This document shows, in pieces, positions 19,466-30,806 of a DNA stretch of 64,000 nucleotides. The stretch is from Candidatus Latescibacterota bacterium (GTDB taxonomy: Bacteria; Latescibacterota; CBDEFO01). The notes under the pieces are model-generated. The model searched no databases. It was not told the origin of the DNA and saw only the letters and a list, made by a program, of their open reading frames with translations. The position numbers were made by a program, and so were the translations under genes. How positions within the stretch are numbered: the stretch's first letter is position 1; every line of letters starts with the position of its first letter. Location of the stretch: the NCBI GenBank assembly GCA_965248755.1, contig OZ252149.1, positions 2,464,001 to 2,528,000 on the forward strand, in the 5' to 3' direction.

Positions 19466-21091
19466 CCGACATTCCCCATATCACATTCATGAGGGATTAT
19501 ATTTCGATACATTCTTGTTTCTGAATTAATATTACCACTTTTACATTTTTCAACAAGTACTTTTTTCAATTAAAATAGTATTTTCCTCTGAATTATCACT
19601 TTCTTTGTGTTTAAATCCTCCAATTAGAGACACCTCTCCATCGACTCACAAAAAAATGTGGCAGTTTAAACAGAATAACATCGCAATCGTTCAATCCGGG
19701 ATAATATTTCGGCAAATAACCTCTTGTCTATCCCAACCTCAGCCATTTGAAACGTAATATATCCGCTGTGTCTGACAATCTTCGCTCCGATTTTGATAAA
19801 TTTCACGAGGAGGCTGCGTAGTGACCAGTGTTTGATTTTCTTCGGAAGAACAAAACGTCGCAGGAAGTTGCCCAAGTTGTAAGCCAGAACAAACAGCCAG
19901 AGCCTCACCTGATTGGAGACGAAACGCTTGCATGAGAGTCGGGTCCAGTTCAGAGCATACTTGCCCTCCTTAATCCACTGCTCAGCTCTGCCACGGCCAT
20001 TGTAGAAGTGTACCACGCCTTCTGGCTTGGCGCTCATGTTGGTCACGATAAATCCCACTCTTGGGAATAACTCCCCTTGGTGCCATTCAACCTTGGCGAC
20101 CACTCGCCTCGATTGATCCCAACTGGCCGCTTTATATTGAAATTCATATAACGATACAATCGGTTTCCTCGGCGGTCGTCCAACTGGCCGAGTCAGCAGG
20201 TATCGTATCTTTTCATAGAGTATCTCATTTGCGGGAAGCCGAATGGCATACAAATAGCCGTTTCCCTCCAGATAATCATAAATCTCAGGCTTTGCGAATG
20301 CAGCATCGCCTCGAAAGTATTTCCTATTCTTCTTGCTCTCGTATCTCTTGACGATCGGTTCCAGAACTTCCTTCCAACGATCAGCACTGTGAACATTACC
20401 AGAGCGAAGTAGGACTCCTTCACAATCCCCGAACTGATTGAAGCAGAACACTGGATGAAAACAGGTACATCCGAAATGACCGTTGTAAGCTGATCCTTCC
20501 TGCTGGCCATGTACCGGACTCTCCGAACTGTCCATGTCCAGAATGATTCGTTGATGCTGTGTTTTACTCATCGCTTTTTGAACCCACTTGCCATTGATAT
20601 CTGACAAGTTTCTGAGATTGTCATGCTGAGTCAGTATATCAGTTTCAAAACGTCCTATCGTGTTGGAGCTGGCAGCTTGCCTGCCTTTGTCCTTCTTTCC
20701 GGTAATCGCTCGCATGACGGGATCAACGGATAATCGCTCGGCGTCATTTACATCTTCATATCCTGCAAGACGGCTGTATATCGATTGACGCAGGAGAGTA
20801 GATATATCATGTTGGATATTACGGCCTGTGCGTTTATCGGTAAAAACCGCTGATACCGAATCAAATAATCCCAGTGCGTAATCAAGGTCACGATACGCAA
20901 GAAGTCCACCGTTTGATGTCACCTTTGCACCATGAAATTCAAGCTTTATTCCTCCATCAAAACCTACTTTCATTCTTTCACCCTCTGGATGATCAATATT
21001 TATCCGCCATTTATGAGTCTTATTTATTGTAATATAACATGTTCTGGCGACTTTGACAACCATTTTTCGGGTCTAATATGGCGAATGGGGG
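19466..21091 (-). mobile_element. IS1380-family insertion sequence
   Basis: 16-bp IRs CCGACATTCCCCATAT / CCCCCATTCGCCATAT (13/16) around a transposase. Confidence 0.85.
19666..21063 (-). CDS. IS1380-family DDE transposase (true start may lie nearer 20973)
   Basis: TSNGGLLAYR, GYEDVNDA, ILDMDSS, FRGDAAFA, YNGRGRAEQWIKEGK. Confidence 0.92.
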   Translation of the reverse strand: MVVKVARTCYITINKTHKWRINIDHPEGERMKVGFDGGIKLEFHGAKVTSNGGLLAYRDLDYALGLFDSVSAVFTDKRTGRNIQHDISTLLRQSIYSRLAGYEDVNDAERLSVDPVMRAITGKKDKGRQAASSNTIGRFETDILTQHDNLRNLSDINGKWVQKAMSKTQHQRIILDMDSSESPVHGQQEGSAYNGHFGCTCFHPVFCFNQFGDCEGVLLRSGNVHSADRWKEVLEPIVKRYESKKNRKYFRGDAAFAKPEIYDYLEGNGYLYAIRLPANEILYEKIRYLLTRPVGRPPRKPIVSLYEFQYKAASWDQSRRVVAKVEWHQGELFPRVGFIVTNMSAKPEGVVHFYNGRGRAEQWIKEGKYALNWTRLSCKRFVSNQVRLWLFVLAYNLGNFLRRFVLPKKIKHWSLRSLLVKFIKIGAKIVRHSGYITFQMAEVGIDKRLFAEILSRIERLRCYSV

Positions 21092-21097
21092 ATCAAT

Positions 21098-21586
21098 ATG
21101 ATCCGTCTTAACTGTATTCTTATATCCTGTGCCTTATGTTTTTTACTATGTGGTTCCAGAAGTGTTGAAGCTGTAGAAGAGACGGTGCAGAACGTACATT
21201 TCGAGGTACAGGGAAAAGAGGTGCACGTGTTCTACGATCTTTCAGGTAGGGGAACGTATACAGTAGAGCTACGCCTGTCCGCGGATGGGGGACGTACCTT
21301 CAAATCGATCCCGCAGGATCTCACGGGGGATATAGGAGCGAAGGTCCATCCGGGCCGTAACAAGAGGATCGTATGGGACGCTCTGAAGGACGTAGAGCAG
21401 CTGGAAGGGGAGAGCTTTGTATTCGAGGTGATAGCCACACGTCGGGCAGGATCTAAAAAGTGGGCTTTGATAGGTGGGGCAGTTGCTGCAGGGGCTGCAG
21501 CGGCGATCCTGGTTAGTGTCGGTGCAGAAACGGGCATAGGTGAGAAAGTAGGTACGATCGTCATCGATGTACCTGATCCGCAGTAA
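21098..21586 (+). CDS. Exported Ig-like protein with C-terminal Gly/Ala-rich hydrophobic segment
   Basis: Signal peptide; YDL...LSADGGRTF...GDIG...IVWD; WALIGGAVAAGAAAAILV. Confidence 0.7.
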   Translation: MIRLNCILISCALCFLLCGSRSVEAVEETVQNVHFEVQGKEVHVFYDLSGRGTYTVELRLSADGGRTFKSIPQDLTGDIGAKVHPGRNKRIVWDALKDVEQLEGESFVFEVIATRRAGSKKWALIGGAVAAGAAAAILVSVGAETGIGEKVGTIVIDVPDPQ

Positions 21587-21596
21587 GGAGGCAGTT

Positions 21597-22499
21597 ATGA
21601 AAAAGCATATTCTCACCGGTATTTGTGTGCTGTTCTCGATGTGGGGGTGCAGTTCGCAGGTGGAATTGACCGGGAAGAGTGATTCAGGTGCAATCTATCT
21701 GAAACCAGTGCAGGTATTCTCACAAAGATGGGCTGTCGTAATTGGAGTATCAAATTATGAGGATTCACGCATCCCAAGTCTGCGCTATGCGGCTGCAGAT
21801 GCACAGACATTTTATGATTGGTTAATAGCCCCCCAGGGTGGTAGATATGCTCCGTCGCGTGTCAAACTTCTACTTGACAAGGATGCTACTTCACAGAGCA
21901 TCCGTGAGGCTCTGTTCTCTTGGCTGAAACAGCCTATAGACGAGGATATAGTCACAATCTATTTCGCCGGTCACGGGACACCTGAATCCCCTGATGCTCC
22001 TGAAAATCTATTTCTTCTGCCATACGATGCGGACTACGACAAGATCGAGACCACTGGCTTCCCGATGTGGGACATAGAAACGGCTCTAAAGAAATTTATC
22101 CAGGCAAAGAAAGTAGTAGTAATAGCCGATGCCTGCCATGCTGGAGGCGTAGGTTCCGAGTTTGTCGGTTCACGCAGGGGTAGGGACTTAGTCGCTGAGC
22201 CTCTTATCAATAATGCTTTGCAGAATTTGGCAAGAGTTGGAGATGGAGTAGCGATCTTCACTGCGGCCGATGACAAACAGCTTTCTCAAGAAAGTCAGAA
22301 ATGGGGCGGTGGTCACGGGGTTTTTACCTGGTTCTTGCTTAAGGGACTGAAGGGCGAGGCTGATTACAACAAGGATGGGAAGGTAACGTTAGGAGAATTG
22401 ATTCCATACCTTTCCGAACAGGTTCGTAGAGAGACTCGAAATGCTCAGGGTCCCACTGTTGCAGGGAAGTTTGATCCAGCACTTACGATAGGCAGATGA
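21597..22499 (+). CDS. Caspase-like (peptidase C14) lipoprotein
   Basis: RBS AAGGAGG before ATG 21597; lipobox-like MWGC; WAVVIGVSNY, YFAGHG (His), ADACHAG (Cys), HGVFT. Confidence 0.9.
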   Translation: MKKHILTGICVLFSMWGCSSQVELTGKSDSGAIYLKPVQVFSQRWAVVIGVSNYEDSRIPSLRYAAADAQTFYDWLIAPQGGRYAPSRVKLLLDKDATSQSIREALFSWLKQPIDEDIVTIYFAGHGTPESPDAPENLFLLPYDADYDKIETTGFPMWDIETALKKFIQAKKVVVIADACHAGGVGSEFVGSRRGRDLVAEPLINNALQNLARVGDGVAIFTAADDKQLSQESQKWGGGHGVFTWFLLKGLKGEADYNKDGKVTLGELIPYLSEQVRRETRNAQGPTVAGKFDPALTIGR

Positions 22500-22531
22500 T
22501 ATTTACCTTTCGCCGTTGCCAGGGGTTTTCT

Positions 22532-25500
22532 ATGATACGATCTTATATCTACAGTGTCGTCATGCTTGTTCTCCTTGTATGGGCCTGCTCGGATTCTCCC
22601 ACCTCCGTCTCTAAAACAGGTAGAATCGTCCTGGAGGTAAGCTACGGGAAATCCCCTTCTGCCAAGCTGGCTGAAGTTCAGGCTATAAGCCGGGTGGATT
22701 CGATGGTGGCAACTGTCTTACGGAACGTTGTGGTAGTCAAGAGACAGAGCCTTCAGCGTGAGATCAATCGGTGGCGTGGCGAGATAAGTGTTGAAGCTGG
22801 CTCTTACCAGGTTAAGTTGGAGGCCTATGTGGGGGCGGTGGTGAAGTATCGCGGAGTGACGAACGTAAACGTCCGGGCGGGAGAGATAAGCCAGGCGTCT
22901 ATTGTGCTGAAGATAGAGAACCTTGATCCGGTAGCGAATGCGGGTCGGGATACGACGGTAACGACAGGCACGACGGTACAGTTAGATGGCAGTGGGAGCA
23001 CAGATGCAGACGGAGATCAGTTGGAGTATCGTTGGACAGTGCTTTCTGGGGAGATTACCTTGAGCGATTCGAGCAGTGAGAGTCCAAGTTTCACTCTATC
23101 GGCTGCTGGAACATATCGCATCAGTCTGGTAGTTAATGATGGTTTCGCTGATAGTTCTCCAGATGAAGTGGAGGTGACAGTGAAGCCACAGAACAATCCG
23201 CCAGTAGCGGATGCTGGTGGGGACACGACGGTAAATGAGAGAGGCATGGTGACCTTAGACGGGTCAAAAAGTTCTGATCCTGATGGGGATCGTTTAACAT
23301 ATAGTTGGAGTCAGGTATCAGGTCTTACAGTCACATTATCAGACACTACAGCCCAGATGCCGACATTTGTTGCACCTGAGGTTACAAAGACGGAAGCGTT
23401 GACGTTTAGGCTTGTTGTCAGCGATGAGGAATTTGCAAGTGATCCAGATTTTGTAAATATTACTGTAAGTGACGTTACCGTCAACAATCCACCAGTAGCG
23501 AATGCGGGGCGGGACACCACGGTGAATGAGGGAGGTACAGTGACTTTAGACGGGTCAGACAGTTCTGATGCTGATGGGGATGCTTTAAGATATAGTTGGA
23601 ATCAGGTATCAGGTCTTACAGCACCGTTGTCAGACACTACAGCCCAGATGCCGACATTTGTTGCACCTGAGGTTACAAAGACGGAAGTCTTGACGTTTAG
23701 GCTTGTTGTCAGCGATGAGGAATTTCAGAGTGATCCAGATTTTGTAAATATTACTGTAAGTGACGTAAGCGTCAACAATCCGCCAGTAGCGAATGCGGGG
23801 CGGGACACCACGGTGAATGAGGGAGGTACAGTGACCTTAGACGGGTCAAAAAGTTCTGATCCTGATGGGGACGCTTTAACATATAGTTGGAATCAGGTAT
23901 CAGGTCTTACAGTACCGTTGTCAGACACTACAGCCCAGATGCCGACATTTGTTGCACCTGAGGTTACAAAGACAGAAGTCTTGACGTTTAGGCTTGTTGT
24001 CAGTGATGAGGAATTTGAGAGTGATCCAGATTTTGTAAATATTACTGTAAGTGACGTAACCGTCAACAATCCTCCGATAGCGGATGCTGGGCGTGATACG
24101 ACGGTGAATGAGGGAGGCAAAGTGACCTTAGACGGGTCAAAAAGTTCTGATCCTGACGGGGATGCTTTAACATATAGTTGGAGTCAGGTATCAGGTCCTG
24201 AAGCACCATTATCAGACACTACAGCCCAGGTGCCGACATTTGTTGCACCTGAGGTTACAAAGACAGAAATCTTGACGTTTAGGCTTGTAGTCAGCGATGA
24301 GGAATTTGAAAGTCAGCCTGATTCTGTAAATGTTACTGTAAGCGACGTAAGCGTCAACAGTCCGCCAGTAGCGGATGCTGGGCGGGATACGACGGTGAAT
24401 GAGGCAGGCACAGTGACCTTAGACGGGTCAAAAAGTTCTGATTCTGACGGGGATGCTTTTAACATATAGTTGGAGTCAGGTATCAGGTCCTGAAGCACCA
24501 TTATCAGACACTACAGCCCAGATGCCGACATTTGTTGCACCTGAGGTTACAAAGACAGAAGTCTTGACGTTTAGGCTTGTAGTCAGTGATGAGGAATTTG
24601 AAAGTCAGCCTGATTCTGTAAATATTACTGTAAGCGACCTAAGCGTCAACAGTCCGCCAGTAGCGGATGCTGGGCGGGATACGACGGTGAATGAGGGAGA
24701 AACTGTGACCTTAGACGGGTCAAAAAGTTCTGATCCTGACGGGGATGCTTTAACATATAGTTGGAGTCAGGTATCAGGTCCTGAAGCACCATTATCAGAC
24801 ACTACGGCCCAAAAGTCGACATTTGTTGCACCTGAGGTTACAAAGGCAGAAGTACTGACGTTTAGGCTTGTTGTCAGCGATGAGGAATTTGATAGTGATC
24901 CAGATTTTGTAAATATTACTGTAAGTGACGTAACCGTCAACGCTCCGCCAGTAGCGGATGCGGGTCCGGATCGGACAGTGACGGCAGGTACAACGATACC
25001 GTTGGATGGTAGTGAGAGCGTTGATCCCGATGGAGATACATTGAGTTATATTTGGTCAGCGCCACCTGGGGTCGAATTAAGCGATCCGGGTGTTATGCAA
25101 CCGCTTTTCACGGCATCAGCTCCTGGAACGTATCGCTTTACTCTGGTAGTTAATGACGGTTTGGAAGTAAGTAATCCAGATGAAGTGGTGGTGACGGTGA
25201 TTCAGCCATCCGTTTTCTCAAATGCGGAAATCGCTTTTTCGTCAAACCGTGATGGCAACAGGGAAATCTACGTGATGGACGCTGACGGGACAAATCAGAC
25301 GCGTTTGAGCAACAACCCGGCGCATGACGATCTTCCTTCTTGGTCACCGGATGGGACGAAGGTCGCCTTTCACTCAGACCGCGATGGCAACTTTGAAATT
25401 TATGTGATGAACGCCGACGGGACAAACCAAATCAATCTGACCAACAACCCGGGGCTTGACTTCCAACCTTCTTGGTCACCTGACGGGACGAAGATTGCCT

Positions 25501-28500
25501 TTGAGTCAGTCCGCGATGGCAACTTTGAGATCTACGTGATGAACGCCGACGGAACAAACCCAATACGGTTGACCAACAACACGGCGGTAGACGCTGACCC
25601 CTCTTGGTCACCGAATGGGACGAAGGTCGCCTTTCACTCAAACCGCGATGGCAACTTTGAGATCTACGTGATGAACGCCGACGGGACAAACCAAATCAAT
25701 CTGACCAACAACCCGGCGGGTGACGAAGTGCCTTCTTGGTCACCTGACGGGACGAAGATCGCCTTTCAGTCAGACCGCGATGGCAACTTTAAGATCTACG
25801 TGATGAACCCTGACGGGACTAACCAAAGAAGACTGACTAACAACCCGGCGGGGGACGGGGCGCCTTCTTGGTCAGCGGATGGGACGAAGATTGCTTTTTT
25901 ATCAGACCGAGATGGCAACTGGGAAATCTACGTGATGAACGCCGACGGGACTAACCCTGTCAATTTGACCAACAACCCAGCGGCGGACTGGGGTCCTTCT
26001 TGGTCGCCTGGACAAGTGGTGATCGTGAACAGTCCGCCCATAGCGGATGCGGGTTCAGATCAGACGGTAGAAGTAGGTACAACGGTACAGTTAGATGGTA
26101 GTGGGAGCACGGATGCAGATGGGGATCAGTTGGACTATCTTTGGACAGCGCCTGCGGGGATCACCTTGAGTAATCCGACTGCTGTGCAACCGAGCTTCAC
26201 AGCATCGGCGCCTGGAACGTATCGCTTTACTCTGGTAGTTAATGACGGTTTGGAAGAAAGTAATCCAGATGAAGTGGTGGTATCAGTAAACACTCCACCA
26301 GTAGCCCATGCTGGGCGGGACACTACAGTGAAGGTAGGTACCACGGTACAGTTGGATGGTAGTGAAAGCTTTGATCCCAATGGAGATACATTGAGTTATA
26401 TTTGGACAGCGCCAGCAGGGATCACCTTGAGTAATCCGACTGCTGTGCAAACAAGTTTCACAGCAACGACTGCTGGAATATATCGCTTTACTTTGAGAAT
26501 CAATGACGGTTTGGTTGGTAGTGAGCCAGATGAAGTGGTGGTGACAGTGATTCAGCCACCCGATGTCTCAAATGCGGAAATCGCTTTTACGTCACTCCGC
26601 GATGGTAACTTTGAGATCTACGTGATGGGCGCCGACGGGACAAACCAAACAAGGCTGACGAACAACCCGGCGCTTGACGATCAATCTTCTTGGTCACCGG
26701 ATGGGACGAAGATCGCCTTTCACTCAGTCCGCGATGGCGACCATGAAATTTACGTGATGGATGCCGACGGGTCATACCCTATACGGTTGACCAACAACCC
26801 GGCGGTAGACGCTGGCCCCTCTTGGTCGCCAGACGGGACGAAGATCACCTTTTACACAAACCGCGATGGCAACGAAGAGATCTACGTGATAAACACCGAT
26901 GGGTCAAATCCTGTCAATCTGACCAACAACTTAGGCCATGACTACGTTCCTTCTTTTTCACCTGACGGGACGAAGATCGTCTTTCGGTCAAACCGCGATG
27001 GCAACCCTGAAATCTACGTCATGAACGCTGATGGGACAAACCAGACACAGCTGACCAACAATCCGGGGCTTGACCTCCAACCTTCTTGGTCACGTGACGG
27101 AAGGAAGATTGCCTTTGTATCAGGGTCCGAGGCGAACCATGAGATCTGGGTGATGAACGCGGACGGGTCAAACCCCGTCAATCTGAGCAACAACCCAGCA
27201 GCTGAACAAGAGCCTTCTTGGTCGCCAGACGGTACTAAGATTGCCTTTATGTCAGACCGTGCTGGCCGCTTTATGGAGATCTATGTGATGAACTCCGACG
27301 GGTCAAACCAGACACGACTAACCTTCAGCACGAATAATATCAATCCTTCTTGGTTGCATGGACAAGTGGCGATAGTGAACAATCCACCGGTAGCGGATGC
27401 GGGTCCGGATCAGACAGTGAAGGTAGGTACGACGGTAGAGTTGGATGGTAGTGGGAGCACGGATGCAGATGGGGATCAGTTGGACTATCTTTGGACAGCG
27501 CCTGCGGGGATCACCTTGAGTAATCCGACTGCTGTGCAACCGAGCTTCACAGCATCGGCGCCTGGAACGTATCGCTTTACTCTGGTAGTTAATGACGGTT
27601 TGGAAGAAAGTAATCCAGATGAAGTGGTGGTGACAGTAAACACTCCACCAGTAGCCAATGCTGGGCGGGACACTACAGTGAAGGTAGGTACCACGGTACA
27701 GTTGGATGGTAGTGGAAGCTTTGATCCCAATGGAGATACATTGGGTTATATTTGGACAGCGCCAGCAGGGATCACCTTGAGTAATCCGACTGCTGTGCAA
27801 ACAAGTTTCACAGCAACGACTGCTGGAATATATCGCTTTACTCTGGTAGTCAACGACGGTCTGGAAGATAGTAATCCAGATGAAGTGGTGGTAACAGTGA
27901 TTAAACTTGTCACATCAGATTTAATCGCTTTTTCATCAGATCGCGATGGGAACTGGGAAATCTACGTGATGAACGCTGACGGGACTAACCAAAGAAGACT
28001 CACCAACAACACGGCGGATGATGTGAATCCTTCTTGGTCCCCAGACAGGACGAAGATTGCTTTTCATTCACACCGCCCTGGCGACGGTGAAATCTACGTG
28101 ATGAACGCTGACGGCACTAACCAAAAAAGACTGACCAACAACCCAGAAGATGACGATGAGCCTACTTGGTCACCTGACGGGACAAAGATTGCTTTTCATT
28201 CACATCGCTCTGGCAAAAGTGAAATCTACGTGATGAACGCTGACGGCACTAACCAAAAAAGACTGACCAACAACACGGCGGGTGACGATCGGCCTACTTG
28301 GTCCCCCGACGGGACGAAGATTGTATTTGCATCAGACCGTGATGGCGACTGGGAAATCTACGTGATGAACGCAGATGGGACTAACCAAAGAAAGCTGACG
28401 AACAACTTCCCGGCAAATGACCTAGCTCCTGCTTGGTCCCCCGACGGGACGAAGATTGTATTTGTATCAGGCCGCGATGGCGACTATGAAATCTACGTGA

Positions 28501-30065
28501 TGAATGCCAGCGGGACTAACCAAAGAAAGCTGACCAACAACACGGAGGAGGAAGCTTGGCCTACTTGGTCCCCAGACGGGACGAAGATTGTATTTGCATC
28601 AGACCGCGATGGCGACTTTGAAATCTATGTGATGAATGCTGACGGTACAGACCAAAGAAGGCTGACTAACAACACGGCGAATGATTCATTTCCTTCTTGG
28701 TTGCCTGAAGGAGTGGTGATAGTGACGCCACAGAACAGTCCACCGGTAGCGAATGCTGGGCGGGATACTACAGTGAAGGTAGGTACGACGGTACAGTTGG
28801 ATGGTAGTGGGAGCACGGATGCAGATGGGGATCAGTTGGACTATCTTTGGGAGCTTTTGGAAGCGCCTGCGGGGATCACCTTGAGTAATACGACGACTAT
28901 ATTCCCAAGCTTCACGGCATCGGCTGCTGGAACATATCGCTTCACTTTGAGAGTTAATGACGGTCGGAATGAAAGTACCCCAGATGAAGTGGTGGTGACG
29001 GTTCAGCCTCAAGAGATACCCTCTGAACTTTTCGGACCCCCGACCGACTATGCCGCCGGGGATAATCCCCGTTCAGTTTTTATTGCAGATTTAGATGGAG
29101 ATGGAGATAATGATTTGGCTGTGGCTAATGAGGTCAGCGATAATGTATCAGTATTGTTGAACAATGGAGATGGGACATTTGCGCCTAACGTGGACTATGA
29201 CGCTGGGGACCAACCCAGGTCAGTATTCAGTGCAGATCTAGATAGGGATGGAGATAATGGCCTGGCTGTGGCTAATTTGAGTGGACATACTGCGTCAGTG
29301 TTGTTGAATAATGGAGATGGTACATTTGCACCTAAGATGGACTATTCCGCTGGGTCTGTTCCCACATCAGTCTTTATTGCAGATTTAGATGGGAATGGAG
29401 ATAATGACTTAGCTGTGGCTAATATTAGCGATGCTGTGTCAGTGTTATTGAATACTGGAGATGGAACGTTTGCACCTGAGGTTAGCTATGGCGCTGGGGA
29501 TGGTCCCTGGTCAGTATTCAGTGCAGATTTAGATGGGGATGGAGATAGTGACCTAGCTGTGGCTAATTTCACCAGCGATAATGTGTCAGTGTTGTTGAAT
29601 AATGGAGATGGTACATTTGCACCTAAGGTGCACTATGCCGCTGGTGATCAACCCCTTTCAGTATTCAGTGCGGATTTAGATGGGGATGGAGACAACGACT
29701 TGGCTGTGGCTAATTTCACCAGCGATAATGTGTCAGTGTTGTTGAATAATGGGAATGGCAGATTTGCACCTAGTGTGGACTATCAAGCTGCGGGGCTTCC
29801 CTATTCAGTAGTTAGTGGTGATTTAGATGGGGATGGGGATAATGACCTAGCTGTGTCTAATTGGGACGGCTTTCCTGGTAATGTATCAGTGTTGTTGAAT
29901 AATGGAGATGGTACATTTGCACCTAAGGTGGACTATGCCGCTGGTGATCAACCCACTTCAGTATTCATTGCAGATTTAGATGGAGATGGAGATAAGGACT
30001 TGGCTGTGGCTAATCTAGCCAGCGATACGGTATCAGTGTTGTTGAATCGCTCTATTCAACGCTGA
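22532..30065 (+). CDS. Giant lipoprotein (~2500 aa): 13 PKD/K319-like Ig modules, three TolB/PD40 propellers, C-terminal FG-GAP propeller; +1 frameshift at 24457-24460
   Basis: LVWAC lipobox; PPVAxAGxD repeats; [12 protein letters not shown] repeats; [15 protein letters not shown] repeats; ORFs 22496-24469 and 24453-30065 join if one T is removed. Confidence 0.85.
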
Positions 30066-30132
30066 GACAGTGATCCATTACTATTGCTCGAAGGTCGCGC
30101 TTTCGCTATCTGAATCATAGGAGGGATGTCCA

Positions 30133-30705
30133 ATGAATAAAAGACTTCACTTCGCCTTACTTCTCACTCTATTCGTGATCCAGGTGTACAGCCCTATGGT
30201 GCAGGCACAGGATACGGGAATGCCGCAGGATAAGGTCGCCCTTAGATACCGCATTGAAAGATTGGACAAGGACAAGTGGAAGCCGATCGAGGAGAAGAAG
30301 ACCTTCAAACGCAACCAGACCGTTCGCTTCCGCTTTATGGGCAATATCTCTGGCACGCTCTATGTGCTCAACAGCAGTGGAGACAAAGCCTCCCTGCATC
30401 CTGTGTTTGCCGAGGGCGAGGGAAACGATCTGCGCAGGCATCTCGGCATGGGTACTCATATCGAGGCGAATCAGGTGGGCCTCTTTCCCAGACCTGACAA
30501 AGGAGGTGGTCTGCGTTTTACCGGGGTTAAGGGAAAGGAACGTTTTCTTTTCATATATATTCCGGATGTATTGGATAAGCAGCGTGCTATGATGGCGATC
30601 GTCCCGGGAGCGGAGGGCTGGGATTTCGATGCCAAAACCACATATATGGTCACCGGGGAGGTTGGAAAGATCCTGTTTCACTATTTTGAACTGAAGAGTA
30701 AATGA
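30133..30705 (+). CDS. Exported DUF4384-like protein
   Basis: RBS AGGAGG; signal peptide; TFKxxQxVRFRF...GTLYVLN...GKERF pattern resembles the C-terminal domain of 30807-32816. Confidence 0.6.
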   Translation: MNKRLHFALLLTLFVIQVYSPMVQAQDTGMPQDKVALRYRIERLDKDKWKPIEEKKTFKRNQTVRFRFMGNISGTLYVLNSSGDKASLHPVFAEGEGNDLRRHLGMGTHIEANQVGLFPRPDKGGGLRFTGVKGKERFLFIYIPDVLDKQRAMMAIVPGAEGWDFDAKTTYMVTGEVGKILFHYFELKSK

Positions 30706-30712
30706 TCCTTGG

Positions 30713-30772
30713 GTAGGGGAGAACCCATGTGTTCGCCCAATTTTCAGGGCAGACACGCGGTTCTGCCCTTAC
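30713..30772. repeat. GTAG-type REP-like doublet
   Basis: GTAGGGGAGAACCCATGTGTTCGCCC ... GGGCAGACACGCGGTTCTGCCCTTAC. Confidence 0.65.
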
Positions 30773-30806
30773 TGCCTACTGTCTACTTGAACGGGGGTGC
30801 TTTCAG

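Noticed and set aside
3784..30065. Diversity-generating retroelement behind repeat variation
   Set aside because: No reverse transcriptase, no template/variable repeat pair, and changes do not appear adenine-specific
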